This document shows, piece after piece, positions 22,516 through 37,778 of a DNA stretch of 64,000 bases (the first letter of the stretch is position 1; each line of letters starts with the position of its first letter). The position numbers and the translations under genes were made by a program. The notes under the pieces are model-generated. The model searched no databases. It worked only from the letters and a program-made list of their open reading frames with translations, and was not told where the DNA came from. Where the stretch lies: positions 1-64,000 of the forward strand of contig CBDBBG010000238.1 of assembly GCA_965202585.1 (NCBI GenBank), read 5' to 3'. Source of the stretch: Thalia democratica (lineage: Eukaryota).

Positions 22516-22938
22516 TGTCAAAGTTATTTAAATCAACAGTCTTCTAGTTTATTATGATAATCAAGTGTATTATTATATTTTGTTCACAACTTCAAAGAAA
22601 AGTCTTTACCTGTATGTTGTCAAAGTTATTTAAATCAACAGTCTTCTACTTTATTGTGATAATCATGTATTTTATTTTGTTTTTGTTCACAACTCAACAG
22701 AAAAGTCTTTACCTGTATGTTGAAAAATTGTCTTAAATCAACAGACTTCTACTTTATTCTGATAATCATGTTTTTTTTTTCTTTTTGTTCACAACTCCAA
22801 TGAAAAGTCTCTACCTGTATGTTGAAAAAATGTCTTAAATCAACAGACTTCTACTTGATTATGACAAGCATGTGTATTATTATCTTATTGTTCACAACTT
22901 TAAAGAAAAGTGTTTACCTGTATGTTGAAAAAGTGTCA
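22516..22938 (+). repeat. 102-103-bp minisatellite, unit 2
   Basis: Copy of 8168-8590. Confidence 0.92.
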
Positions 22939-23170
22939 TTTGTTTGATTTACTTTACATTCATAAACTCACTAAAAAGTCTTATGTTGAGCAGAAACAAA
23001 ATGGCCATCTATATTCAAGTGCTAGATCAATCATCTTTCTAAATCTTAATCAATACTCAAATACTGCTAACTATTTTGGTGAACCAAGTCATTTCTTGGA
23101 CTATTGCAGCTCTAAGTGAGGTTAGTTTTTTGTTAATTAAGATAGATAAATTTAATGCAAGATTATTTTT

Positions 23171-23430
23171 CAGGGTTGCCAAGCACCTAATGTTTCAGTA
23201 TACTCAGGTGTTTTCTCAATTTTAAATACTTAAAAATTACTTGTTTAATTAAATTTTATTTGTAAACATAGAACATCATTAATATAATTTGGTGCTCAAA
23301 CTCAATTGATATCAAGTAAATGTAAAGTACATAATGCATTAACAGCTTCTGCTGCCTAGTTTCTAATTATATTTAAATTATGCTGAATTTCACAAGAGTA
23401 CAGTTTTTGAATTAAAGACTGGCAACCCTG
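23171..23430. mobile_element. hAT-type MITE, unit 2
   Basis: Copy of 8823-9082. Confidence 0.75.
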
Positions 23431-24301
23431 GTATTCATATTGTTATTAATTTTTTAAGTAAATGTTTTATTATTATGTTTTTATCCACTAGTCAATTAAA
23501 GCAATAGTGTAAAATTTTTCTTTATAAGTGACATATTTCATTATATATAAACATATAAGAACACAAACAACATTTAGACAGCATGATCAACTGACTGGTG
23601 CTTAGTTGGTGTTTTTGTATGTTTATATAACTAAGTTAGATAAAATTCTGGTTTGTTTCAGTTAGTTGTAGTGATTATAATTAAAAGTGGTAATAAAATT
23701 CAATGTTTAAATATACTATAAGATTGATAATCATTAAGTGGTTATTATAGTTGACAGAATTGTGATAAATGAACTGTAACTAGCTGACAAAACCAGACTG
23801 TTGCCTGACTATATATGATGTTTGTAAAAAGACTATGTTGTATAGACATGATAGACTTAATTTTGAGGAACACTAATAATACTTCAAAATAGTCTTTGTC
23901 TGGAATTTCTATTGTGACATTATAAACTAACATAGGTGTTTATTTTATCTCAAACTTGATACTATGTATTGTGCAGCATTATTTCCAAGTGTTTTTTAGT
24001 AGTTTCATCATTCATACTAGTAGATAGTGTCACAGTAAAGACTCAAAACAAAGAATATTTTGATAATTAATAAAAGTTTGTTTTTTATACAGTACACAAG
24101 AATGTTAACTATTTTATTTAAACAAACTCTGTCAAAAACTGTATAAAAAATAAAATCACTAATATTCCTTTTGAATATTTTATAACATTGTGTAGTAACT
24201 CAAGTGGTACTGTATTTTATTGGTTAAACAATATAGTTTTAGACAGTGATTGTTTAAATTTAAATATGTTAGTAATTAGACAAGGTAAGTTAAGCCATAT
24301 T

Positions 24302-24504
24302 TTAAGTGGATCGGCTGCAGTTGTAAGGCTTTGTATAATAACATTATGAGGTGAAGTGATAATACAGCTTAGTATTAAAAACAATTACCAAATTACATAA
24401 AAATAAAATGAGAAACAAGTTTTATTACTTCAAACTTAAAATCAGTAAAACTGTAATATATTAGCCAATCAGAAGCGACGTTATAACTGCAGCCGGACCT
24501 TAGA
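24302..24504. mobile_element. Degenerate MITE, unit 2
   Basis: Copy of 9954-10156. Confidence 0.5.
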
Positions 24505-24920
24505 GCTACTTAAGATGTAAGTAGTTAACAGATTTTGAACAAAAAATAATTTGTTATTGACATGAAGCTAGTATGGTTTAGTTAGTAAGAATGTATTTCT
24601 ATAAGGTACGCGGTTTAAGAAGAACGCACTCGCATAGGTACGCACTAAATTATTAAGGCCCCCACACAAAATTTCACAAAATGGGGGAATCCCCTAAAGT
24701 GAAAATCGAACGGGAATTTTTTGAGATTAATAATTAAAATTATTTTTTAAGGCATTTCGCCGGCTCCGCCGGCGAAAAATTTTTCACTTTTACTCCCAAC
24801 CATTTTTTCTTGAAAACCTAATTACGCTTGGAGCCCAGTTAGTAAGCCTGACAGCCAAACCAGATAAAAGTGTGGTACTGAGCTCTAAGAAGTAGTTCGG
24901 TTTTGAGTTAAAGTGGTAGC

Positions 24921-25023
24921 GGACAGCTTTCGTTATTTGTGCATAAGTCCCTCCCGCTGCGAGCTGCTCCTATCGGAGCAGCTCTTGCTCCCGGGACTTT
25001 TGCACAAATAACGAAAGCCGTCC
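24921..25023. other. 103-nt fold-back, unit 2
   Basis: Copy of 10573-10675. Confidence 0.85.
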
Positions 25024-28000
25024 TTTAGGCCGCGTCCTTATGCTGGTCGGCACCTAATTAGTTTTTTGTTTGATGTACGAGTAGTTACGCACCTTCTTTA
25101 GTATGTTATATTTCTTTTATCATGTGGTTTTATATACATGTAAGTATCGAGATGCATGTTTAATAAAAAAATAACTGATTTACAGTAAAGTTTTATGTTT
25201 TATAGTATGTATCCATGGTGTCTTACTACAAATTAAACAGTTTTGTAGTGGACAGTCTGGCATTATTCTATAGTAAACACTTCAACTTACATTGTAATCT
25301 TATTTATCGGTATCATTTCATTGTTAGTTATGGGACTACTTTAGTTTATTCACAGTTAGACAAAACAATTTATACAACTTGTTATTATTAATTTAATTAT
25401 ATGGATTTGTTAGAAAGTAAATATTTTCGTGTTGTCTCCTTTCTTTTTTTTTTATTAAAAATATTTATGTCTTAATTTGTATAAACTAGTTTTGGCCATC
25501 TTTGAAAATTACACACTAACGAAATACAGTTTTTGTCCACAACTTTTCAACTAATTTACAGTTTTCAATTATTACGTCATCCGGTAGTCTCATGCAGTTT
25601 AAACTTCGTAATTTTTGCTGCATAATATGTATTTGATTATAAATTATAAAGTAATGTTCTAAATATATAGTCTATATTTTCAATTTAAGTAGTGCAAATT
25701 TTATAACGTTAACACTAATTATATGTACATATTAAGTATTGGATAAGGTGTATCTTAATTAAACTAATACTTATAAATATATATGGCAATTAACTCTTAA
25801 ATAATATATTGCTGCGTATAACTTAAACTAATATTAAAGTTACAATTAACTCCTAATCATTAATCATTATCTTGTTGCGCTGGATTATATGATTATTTCT
25901 AGTTTTATGTCTTAAACACTGTATGTATTCATCTATAAATTAAAAAGATTGAATTTTTTCTTTTAAGTAATAATTACAGTTCAAATATACATCCCATTTA
26001 GAGGCTTTATGAGTTTTAAAAGGTCAAATTCAACCATTGTATAAAACTTTATTTACCATTAAGCGTGTTAAACTAAAAAAAATCATGCCAGTTACTAGCT
26101 CTGTACTTTTGATAGTATAGATCAAATACCGTTACGCCAACTAACTCTTATTTTGAGGTTATTACATTTAGTAACTAAGTACTTTTAACAAAAATTTTTA
26201 CAATTCAAGTAGTTAATTTAGTTAAAAAAAAGTATTGGTATAGAATATTACAAAATTGTGGGATTAGTTCTCAATTATGTCTTAATCGTGATTAAACATA
26301 CCTTATTCTAACAATATTGATATCAGATGCAACTTTGTAATTTAGTTGGTAGTTCATTATTTTGTTCGTGTTGTTGTAAAGTTAATTAAAAGTTTGTTTG
26401 ATAAATATTCTCTCTCGTTTCTCTACAATTAATAGCCTTTTTTTATATTTCTATAACGTTATTGCATTTCTATTTTGTTCTTTCGTTACTTAATTCTACT
26501 TCTGGCTCAATACAGTCAATTTTTACTATTTTATTATCAGTCATCATCATGTTGCTCTGGTTTGTATGATTATTTCTTTATGTCTTAAACAATACTTATT
26601 TAAAACCTTTTAGTAATGATTACACTTGAAATATGCTTTTTATTAAAATTTAAAGGTCAAATCTGTTAAATTGTTCAATGGTTATACATGACTTTTTTAA
26701 CACTGATTTTGTAACTTAATCTAAAAATAATTAATTTTTAAAAGATAGCCTGCTTAACTTAAGTTTTTTTTTTCTATTTTTATAAATATTCAATCCAGAA
26801 GCTACTTTAGTTTTTAGGTCACTAGTTTTGTCACCTTTTACAGTAGTGTTGTAGTGCCATTTAGCAGTTAAATATATATTCATTCTCTTATAATACTTTG
26901 CTGAAATTAAACTTATATTAAAAATAACTAACAATTCTTAACATTCAATCCTATATATCATCTTGTTGCCCTGTTTTACATGATTATTTCCAATGGTATG
27001 TCTTAAAAAGTTTATGTTCAAATAGTAAAGATTAAAATGTTCAATTGGAGTCTAGGAAATTTCGGTCTTTAACTACCTACAACTCAACCTAATACAAACG
27101 TGTTTATTATATTTGTATATTTAATAAAATAATTTTTAAACAGTACTCTTTCTTTAGTTTTGCATGTTTTAAAGCGCTTCTACTTAGTTTAAACTTTTTT
27201 TGTTAACATATCTAAATTACAAGTAAAGTTTTATGTTTTATAGTATGTATCCTGGCTGTCTTACTACAAATGATTCAGTTTTGTAGTAAACAGTCTGGTA
27301 TTATTCTATAATAAACACTCCGCTTACTGTAATTTAATATTATAACTTATTGTCCCATTACGAGGGGATAGCACCTGCAGACTTGTTGAAAGCCGTGTTA
27401 GTGCCGTAACCAGCGCCGGTTACTCTATGAATTATTTAAGGAATTCAAATAATACAGGATCGTTTCCTATAACTTTGAGGTACTTGAGTAAATTACTTAC
27501 TGAGGTATAAGTGATTTTAGGCTTGAAATTCTACACTAAAGTTTTTCGTTTACATAAATAAGTATTTCAGTCTTAATTTGTATAACAAAGTTAGGAAATC
27601 TTTTAAATTATTGTCCACAATTTTCAAAGTAATTTTGTAATATTTTATATTTTCCCCATTTACAATTATTACGTCATCACCCAGTAGTCTAACACAGTAT
27701 AAACTTAGTAATTTTTACTTACACTTTAGTTGTATATGGATGTTATCTTTTTGATTATAAATTATTAAATTTGTTTCAAATCGCTCTATATTTCAAAGTT
27801 TGGTAAAGCAACTTGTATGTTAATGAATAAGAATAATTGTATGTAAGTAATAAGTATTGGATAAGGTGTATCTTAATTAAACTAACAGAAACAAATTATA
27901 TGGTAATTAGCTCTTAAATATTTTACTGCTGCGTATAAATGAATCTAATTTTTTGAATTACAATCAACTCTTGATAATACCTAATCATTAATTATCATAT

Positions 28001-28886
28001 TGTTGCGCTGGTTTAATTATTGTTTATAGTTTTATATCACAAACAATTATTTAACTATAAATTTAAAAGTTTAAACTGTTTCTTACAAGTAATAATTACA
28101 GTTCAATTAAACATCCCATTTAAAGCTTTCGTGTGTATAAAGGCTTCTTTTGAATTTAACCATAATATATAACTTTTTCAAAAACTGCGTGTCAAAATAA
28201 ACAATAGTTGGTACCAGCTCTGTACTTTTGATAAATTAAATCAAATACTGACTAAGTACCATTTTTTACGGTGTGCATTTTGTACATGTTGTGTTAAGTT
28301 AAATGATAAAAAGGAAAATACAAACTTTCATATTGTTAAAGTTATATAAAATAGATATCCGTTCAAACTTTTTAATACATTGTTTGTATTATATTAAAGT
28401 AAATATTAATTGATATTCAACTATTTAATAAACTCAATTAAATTTGTAAAAATTACAAGCTATAATGCTTTCATCATTTGAAATTACAAATACCACTAGA
28501 ATTCAGAAAGACATAAATTTGAAAACTGTAAAATTTGAAGATATAATGCTTTCACCATTTCAATTTACAAATACCACTAGAATTTATAAAGAAGATACTT
28601 GAGTGTAACATTCTTATTTAAATCAAAGACACGTTTATTAAGTTATCAGTGTTAACAGTTTAGTTGGTATGTATACCCTTTTTTCATCGAATTATAGAAT
28701 TGAAGTTTTTACATCTTTATTTGTTTTTTATAATTGTGTTAAATGTATCTGAATTGACATTATTATATATTAAAATTTAGGTTAAATCATTAACAGAATA
28801 TTAAGTTAACAAACTTTACGTCTAAAGTAAAAACTTTTATTCGGTAAACAATTAAAAAGTATGTGTTTTAGCAAAAATAAAATAAA

Positions 28887-29390
28887 ATGGACCGATTCAT
28901 TTTCGATCATGTCGAAGAATATCCTGAGCAGCAGCAAGCTGATGAACAAGCAGAACAACAGTCAGAAGATTTTGCACAATTTTTCATGCCGGTGCGAAAT
29001 AGAAGGCAACTCGATGCGGAAATCGCGCGAACCACTTTACGGATGCGAGCGAGAATGCAACGAACACAACATGCACGACGCATTCAGCAGCGGAGAGAGA
29101 ATACAACGACAAGTGGAGCAAGAAATGCAACAAGAAATTCAGCAAGAAATTATGCAGCAGAGAGGGAGTGTACCACAAGAAATGCGGCAAGAATTACAAC
29201 AAGAAATGCTGGCGCGGCGCATTGTGCAGCAGAGAGAGAGAGAGAGAGAGTAGAACAAAGATTTGAAGAAGAAATACATCAGGAAATTATTAGTTTATTA
29301 TATTTTATAATTCAAAACTCGCAATTAATTTGTTTTATCTTTAAAAGACAAACAGCCAATTTAAAATTAATACAAGTTAACATCTTTTAG
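28887..29390 (+). pseudogene. RING-less paralogue copy 3
   Basis: Same translation as 191-694. Confidence 0.6.
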
Positions 29391-29970
29391 TTTGTTTCAA
29401 AACTTTTGTGAATTATTTCTGTCTTAAAAGTCAGTGACATAAAAATTAAAGTATAGTTAAAGTTTTTTATTTTTTTGTTATTTAAATTTAATCTTAGTTT
29501 GTTGTACATGATTTATTAAGGTTTATTGTAAAAAGGAAAATAAAAACTTATGTTTTTGTTAAGGCTGTCTAAAATGGTACCAATGCATATTTTTGGGTAC
29601 ATTGTTTGTAATTTATTAAAATAAATATTAATCGCTTTTCTGATATTTAATATATTTTGTTAAACTTTAAAATTTTAAGCTTTAACGGTTTTATCATTTT
29701 TATTTAAATCTAACACACGTGTATTAAGTATTCAGTGTATACTGTTTAGTTTGTACATATAATTTTTTTTTGAATATAAAATTTAATTTGTTTGATCTTT
29801 AGTTTTTTTGTATCAATTTGTTAAATATACTTGAGCTGTTATATTGATACATTATAGTTAAGGGTAAACTATTAAAAGAACAATATGTTATACAAACCTT
29901 ACATCTAAAGTAAAAACTTTTAGTAGGTAAAAAGTAAAAAAGTATCTTATTAAGCTGAGAATAAAACGAA

Positions 29971-30417
29971 ATGGATCAACTCAATCCTGATCATGTCGAA
30001 GATTATGCTGAGCAGCAGCAAGTTGATGAACTGCTAGAACAATATTTCGAACCTGGTTTCGCAGTTCTACGACGTTTAATGCAACCACATATGGAACGTG
30101 TACGACGCATTGTGCAGCAGAGAGAGCAAAAGATGATGCAACAAGAAGTACAACGTGTACGACGCATTGTGCAGCAGAGGAGAACGCAACAACCTGTTAC
30201 TGGTCTGACACCCGAACGAATTGGTAGATTTGAACACTTCGCTGCAGACGAATCGTTGGTGGGCGAGCAATGCGTGGTTTGCCTCGATGACCTGAAATGT
30301 GGCACGAGAATGGTCCGTCTGGACTGTCATGTCACCCATTGTTTGTGCAAAACATGTACAGATGCTTGGTTTAAAGATCACAACAAATGTCCTTTATGCA
30401 ATCATGTTTTCAACTAG
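29971..30417 (+). CDS. RING-finger protein copy 3 (T122)
   Basis: As copy 1 except CCC>ACC at 30334. Confidence 0.9.
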   Translation: MDQLNPDHVEDYAEQQQVDELLEQYFEPGFAVLRRLMQPHMERVRRIVQQREQKMMQQEVQRVRRIVQQRRTQQPVTGLTPERIGRFEHFAADESLVGEQCVVCLDDLKCGTRMVRLDCHVTHCLCKTCTDAWFKDHNKCPLCNHVFN

Positions 30418-31827
30418 AAACCGGTTTAACAGTAATATAGAATATTGGTGACAGTGCTTTTCTTGCAACAATTAATAAACTGTGAATTGTGAATACGTTT
30501 TGTTTTGTTAAGTAAAATGTTATAGTTAATATAAAAGATATAAAGTATATAAAACATTAACTTCATTATTACATATGAATAACTTACTTATTTTAACAAA
30601 AACCCATACTTATAATATAATTTTAAAAACGAACTTATTAAATATACTAAAAAATTTTGACATGTAGCACGATGAATACTTTTCTTATCAAATGTTTTAA
30701 ACATTTTTTGTTTGAAAATATAAACATAGTTTAAAAACCTTGCGGTATGTAGCAATTCGTGTATTTATATGTAAAGAACTTCCAAGCTCATCCATTTTTA
30801 CAATAATCTAAAACACTAGTGATCTATCTAATTTATATTTTTAAGAACTCTTTTTCATTAGGATTCACTTACTAAATAGGATTATAGGTCCAATAGATCA
30901 ATAATTTCAAGCGATCTTTAACAACTGGAAACTTAAATTATGCAACAATCATTAGAGTTACAAGAACTTATAAAAAGTTTTACAAAAATTAAATTTTAAA
31001 CTACCAAAATAAAAATTAAAGTTTTTACTTTCAACTACAATAGTACTGATAATGTTTTAGTTAATAGACTAATGCTATTACAAAAAATAGAAGATCACTA
31101 AATCTAATAATTTGTTTTATTAAAAACTATCAAATTCTTTATTACTCAAAATGCTTTAACTTTGCTATTTTACTAAAACACTGGTTCTTTTGGTAGGAAC
31201 CTGTACATAAGCATTGTTCTTATCTAAACAATCATGAATAAAGTTTCAGTTTGTACTTGAATACCCAATATCTATTTAAAACTATGATTTTTCTAGTCGT
31301 TTTGTTTTCCATTTGTGACGTAAATGTATTAAAGTGAAAATATATTTAATTGTTGGATCATAGCCTACATGCTGAAAACTGCCGATCTGACACCCAGCCT
31401 ATAAAGTTTTAAAAAGAACATCAACTTCACACACTTATAGTTATAAAAATTAAACATAACTCACTCATTTTCGAAAAAAGTTTATTAATCAATTTCGTTT
31501 AGCGCATGCTCAAAATAATATTGCTAAAAACTATTAATACTGTAGTGTAATTTTAGTTACATACAATGAATTTGAAAAGTCTAGCTAAAAATAGCTACTT
31601 CATAAAGTATAAAAGTCTCTTTAGAAAAAGTTTAAAATAGAATTGAGTTATAATTAGCTAATTTGAAGTAAATTATAAGACAAAATTGCTAAAACAAAAG
31701 TATTTAAAATAGTAAATTTTTTTACCTGAAACTAAATTAAATAAAAAGCACATTACAAAATACGACAAAAACGACAACAATAATATTACTAAAAACACGC
31801 TATTTTTAAAGTTTTTAAATGTAATTT

Positions 31828-32311
31828 ACAATATACATGAAAATTATAACAGCTATCTGATTTGTACTATAAATTTATTTAATTTAGTCTTTATGTTTAG
31901 GAAAGCAATGAAGCGCTTTATTATGAAATGAAGTATATAATCTATTAAAAATGAAACAACAACCAATAATTAGTGAATCAATTAAGTTTATCAACGGTAA
32001 AGACAATAAAACTCACAGGAATCTTATGTAACGCGTGTTTTATATATTAAATCTTTGTAATGATAAAATCTATAAATTTAAAATTATAACAGATAAATTT
32101 ATTTTAGGTACATTTAGGAAGCTGTGACTTATATTGTCTTTACCGTTGTTAAACTTTGTTGATTTACTAATTATTGGTTGTTGTTTCATTTTTAATACAT
32201 TATATACTACATTTCATAATAAAGCGCTTTATTGATTTCTTAACATAAAGACTAAATTAACTAACTTTATAGTACAAATTAAATAGCTGTTATAACTTTC
32301 ATATATATTGT
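31828..32311. mobile_element. Foldback/MITE-like element, unit 3
   Basis: Copy of 3132-3615. Confidence 0.75.
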
Positions 32312-35300
32312 GACGAAATTATTGGACGTTTTTTGTTCAATTATTGACAACAGTAAAAAATTTGATTCATGTTTCTTTCCAATAAGGTAAGTGGTTTGTT
32401 TATATTATGATTTGTTCTTTTGTTGTGTATTTTAGTTTACTTTACTTAATCAGACTAAATAATTACGAATATTATATAATTTTATAACAATCGGATTTAA
32501 CATTAAGTATTTTACCTATTATTAACTATTAATCTGTAAAAATTTGTGGTAAGTTATTTTATTTTATTTTAATTTTAATGAAAACATGTATACACCTACT
32601 TTATTCCATGATTCTATTCTCATATTACACTAATTACTATTTACAGAACCCAGTTGAAGTGTGTTGATTAGTTAGCACACAGAAACATATGTTGGTACAA
32701 TAAAGCAAGACTATTGTATAGTAAGGTTTTAAGTATGCATTTTAATTTAGCTCAACTACTATTTGTAGTGGTATTCACTACTGTGGATTTGTTAAAGCTT
32801 CACAGTTTAGCTAATTTAGAAACAGTTTAGTTTTATAGTTGGCGGGTTGGATACTATATGCTAGCACAAGCGGCTTAAGCATTCAATATATGTAAAAAGA
32901 TAATTGAGTTTGTTTTTAATATCAGATTATTTATAAAAATAAATATCAGTCACTCAAAAAAACGTTTCATCTAATCACTTTAAATATACTAAAATTATTT
33001 CTAGTCTAAACATTAATCAAATTTAATTTCTTATAGACAGACGTTAACAGTGTTAGTTTTAAATAAAAAAGGTAATTTTAGCTCTATTTAGTCGCAACTC
33101 TCAACTGTAAAAACCCAGAAAAAAATTGATATGATAAAAAATACAATTTTAAATGGTTGCTATAACTGTTTTATTCGTATTTATCAAAACATATACAAGT
33201 ATCCTTTGAAAGAAAAGAAAAACTGTTCTTTAGTTATTTTGTTTTAAGTTTTTTTTTACATTATTAAAAAAGTGTAATTGTTTATAACATCTATTTAGGT
33301 GATATTAACAAATCCAGAAGGGATTCATGTTAAATTAAGTATATTGTGTTGCGTAGAATATAATTTTAATGACTTTTTGTTGTTTATAGTAATATAATTT
33401 ATATGTTGAAAAAAAAAATTAAAGCGGTTTCTTTGATCAAAGCAAATTGAGTTTTATAAGTATATCCAACTTATTTCAATTTTTTTATAAATGATTTTCG
33501 TTACTTATCTAGACTCTTTCAATTGAGCTTTGTTTTACCTTAAGTTATTTTTTTCTAAATGAGCTGAAGGGGATTTGGATTAATTAAGCTTTAGCTTATT
33601 TTAGCTATTATGTTTATACTTGTTTTTTAAGTTTTAGAAACATCACCAGCATTTCCGTTTTTGTTTTAATATTTTGTTGAACCAGCCAGTAATGAAAATG
33701 ATATGGGTATGAATAAAATTTGCCAAAATATCTAATTTTTCAAAACCATCTATGCCAGGAATTCTAATTTACCTGACTGGACTTTTATGTCAAATAAATC
33801 CACGTGGTTGCTTATAATGCTGATAAAATTTAAGATTATTGATTGTAATGTCTAATAAAGAATGTAAGGCTGAACTACATTAATCCCAGGCGTTTCTACA
33901 TTTAAGAGACAAAGTTTAACCTTCATTTTTGTTAGACGAAATGTTTCCTTATTTGAAATTATCAACAGTATTAATATTAACCGAGAAAAAATATACTTTA
34001 AAAAGCTTAAACTAAAAAGTTGTGATTTAAAACACACGTAAGTAAGGATATTAATGTCTTTCAAATTAATTAACAGCAAATTTATGCTTAGATATAAGAC
34101 ATTAGAAAGCATTGTATATGATATGCATAAATAAACCTTGTAGACCAAAACTTTGGCTTTCACTTTTAAATTAAACATATCTGTTAAGTTTCTGTCTAAG
34201 TGGCATAAACCTTCCACATACACTGTTCCTTAGATATACTACTTACAAAAGTATATGGTTCTCTACCATTAAGAATGCAATGTACCAACATTAGTAACAT
34301 ACTTTGCACAACCATTGTTTTTCTCTATAAAGCCTAACGACGTTTAAATCTCAGTAAGTAATCTACTAGTGTAACTCAAACAAATAATAAACTATTCCTG
34401 TATCATTTTAGAGCCTTAAATAATTCATAGAGTAACCGGCACTGAAGTAATGTAAATTGAAATTAATTAAGTAATTATTTTCCAATAATGGACAAAACAT
34501 GAAAAAAAGTTAAGAACCGGTGGTTTCAAGTATAATTAAATACTAAACTAAGAATTTATTTGCAGTTTATGAGACTTGGTAACTTGAATTGATATAACTT
34601 TTTGAATATATTTATAGAATGATACTGATAAAGTAAACTACAACGTAAAACTGTTGTGTTACTTTCAATAATTCGAATTTCTTACAGATTTATACTTTTA
34701 AACATTTCACTTTTAAATTAAACATATCTGTTAATAACACTAAAACTCTGTTCAGTCTTTACTTAAACTTGAGCTAAAAAAGAATTAAATTACTTAACAA
34801 CATGCAATAGAAACAAAACAATAAAGCTAAGGCTTGTTTGAATAATAACATAAATTAGATAGAAGACTTTTATAGGTAAACTAACTGGTATGTACAACTA
34901 GTAAACTTGTGAGACAAAATACAATAGAATGATATTAATAAACCAAATTACAACAAGTGAAGTGTTACATATAGAATAATAAATTGATTGTTTACTCCAA
35001 AACTATACTAAATTAGAATATGTTTTTTTCAGCAGTTGATCAATGTTACAAAAACAAACATTTGAACTAAAACAAAGATTAAAGGTGAAATCAAAAATAC
35101 AGCGGAGATATTTGTTGTGAACATAGCTCGAGTACTAGTACCTGCTAACTTTTTTAATTTCTAACTCTCATCATGCAAATAGATACAAGTTTGAAAGGTA
35201 TTTGAAACAACCAAGTAGTTTAAAATCAAAGCTTTGAAGTTTTAAAGCTCCATTTTGCTTATTTTTTATCGTTTTTATAAAGTGTTTGGTGTTTTTTAGC

Positions 35301-36863
35301 ATAAAATTTTCTGTCAGAAACGATGGAAATGTTTATTTTCAAGTATTTGTAAGTTAAAAAAAAAAAAGAAAAAAAAATCCAAAAAAAATTATACTTGTTT
35401 ATTATCATTCAATTTTGTTGGTTAAAATTTGCATATTTTTAATGATATTGTAATTTGCTTTAAATTAATTTTGTTTTCAACTTAAGTAGCTTTAAAAAGA
35501 CCATTATACTTTATTTTTACAGCTCATTACAAACTGCTTTACTCCTATAATAAGATATAAAATGTTTTCGGTTGTTAAAAGTAAATCAAAAAAAGTTTTA
35601 GAGCAAATAAATGCAAGGTATGTAAAAAATAGAAAATGTAATAAGCAAAATGAAAAAAACACAAACATTAAAAAACTTTTGGCTAAATAAGGTTATGTTT
35701 AAAACTAAAATTTGTTACAACAACTGCATTAATTTCAACTGTGAAGTATGAAATGTAAATGTCAAAATAGGTTATGTAAAACCTAATATAGTTTTAATGA
35801 CTACATTTGGTATGGGTTTGATTTAAAAGCTAATTTTATTTGTAGAAAATATCAATATAATTTGTTCTTTAACAGTTTTTTTTTATTGATTCATTAGTTA
35901 TTTTGCTATGTCTTAAACATAGTTTGTAAAGTTAAGTTAAACCTCAATGTTTTTTTAAATGATTATTAAGGTGTTTATTACTCATGATCTCATTAAAACT
36001 AGAGTGAAGTATTAATTTAAAAATAAATAAACAAGTCAATAAGTTTGTATAGTAAGTTACATAAACTTAATGTTAATCTCAAGTTTATGGTTATTATATT
36101 AAATTAAAGTTTGAATAGAAACAATTAATTTCACTTATACATATTTTTTTAAGCAGTAAATGAGCTAATATAAACCTTTAACTGAAACAAAAATTTTAAA
36201 GTGAAATTAAAAACATAGCAGAGATATTTGCGATGAACATAGTTTGAGTACTAATACCTGCTAACTGTTTTTAACTAATATCATGCAAATAGAAACAAGT
36301 TTGAAAGGTATTTGAAACAACTAAGTAGTGTGAAATCAAAGCTTTGAAGTTTTAAAGATTTATTTTGCTTATTTTTCATCGTTTTTATGAAGTGTTTGGT
36401 GTTTTTTGAAGCAGAATTTTGTACTGAAAACGATGGTAAAACTTATTTTTGAAAAAAACAAGGTTTGAAAAAGTTACAGCTAAAAGTTGAAAATTAGCTT
36501 TAAACTGTCAAAGCGAGAGAAGAGAGGCCTCGTGAATGTCACCAAGTGAATTTTTTGCACAAAGTTTTTATTTATTACGTAATTATACAAAAAATCAGTT
36601 TGCAGAAATTTCTAAAAAATTGCAATTCATTTTAGAAAAGTTTTCTTGGAAGTTGTAGGTCATCAAATTTTTACTTTAACTTTCTTCACATATGTATTTC
36701 TAGAGTTTACCTTTTATATGTTTCTTTAAGTAATAAAAGGAACTTAAAGTACAAGCACATACAATTCCAAACCAATGACATAGTATGAAAAAATCAATAA
36801 AACTTAAAACTTGAACTGTTTATGCTTGAATAAAAAAGAAAACAAAACAAATCTACATCATCT

Positions 36864-37286
36864 TGTCAAAGTTATTTAAATCAACAGTCTTCTAGTTTAT
36901 TATGATAATCAAGTGTATTATTATATTTTGTTCACAACTTCAAAGAAAAGTCTTTACCTGTATGTTGTCAAAGTTATTTAAATCAACAGTCTTCTACTTT
37001 ATTGTGATAATCATGTATTTTATTTTGTTTTTGTTCACAACTCAACAGAAAAGTCTTTACCTGTATGTTGAAAAATTGTCTTAAATCAACAGACTTCTAC
37101 TTTATTCTGATAATCATGTTTTTTTTTTCTTTTTGTTCACAACTCCAATGAAAAGTCTCTACCTGTATGTTGAAAAAATGTCTTAAATCAACAGACTTCT
37201 ACTTGATTATGACAAGCATGTGTATTATTATCTTATTGTTCACAACTTTAAAGAAAAGTGTTTACCTGTATGTTGAAAAAGTGTCA
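36864..37286 (+). repeat. 102-103-bp minisatellite, unit 3
   Basis: Copy of 8168-8590. Confidence 0.92.
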
Positions 37287-37518
37287 TTTGTTTGATTTAC
37301 TTTACATTCATAAACTCACTAAAAAGTCTTATGTTGAGCAGAAACAAAATGGCCATCTATATTCAAGTGCTAGATCAATCATCTTTCTAAATCTTAATCA
37401 ATACTCAAATACTGCTAACTATTTTGGTGAACCAAGTCATTTCTTGGACTATTGCAGCTCTAAGTGAGGTTAGTTTTTTGTTAATTAAGATAGATAAATT
37501 TAATGCAAGATTATTTTT

Positions 37519-37778
37519 CAGGGTTGCCAAGCACCTAATGTTTCAGTATACTCAGGTGTTTTCTCAATTTTAAATACTTAAAAATTACTTGTTTAATTAA
37601 ATTTTATTTGTAAACATAGAACATCATTAATATAATTTGGTGCTCAAACTCAATTGATATCAAGTAAATGTAAAGTACATAATGCATTAACAGCTTCTGC
37701 TGCCTAGTTTCTAATTATATTTAAATTATGCTGAATTTCACAAGAGTACAGTTTTTGAATTAAAGACTGGCAACCCTG
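37519..37778. mobile_element. hAT-type MITE, unit 3
   Basis: Copy of 8823-9082. Confidence 0.75.

Larger units (their letters stand above)
14349..28696 (+). repeat. Tandem unit copy 2
   Basis: Periodicity. Alleles: 15986C, 16583A, private 16769A, 28561C. Confidence 0.97.
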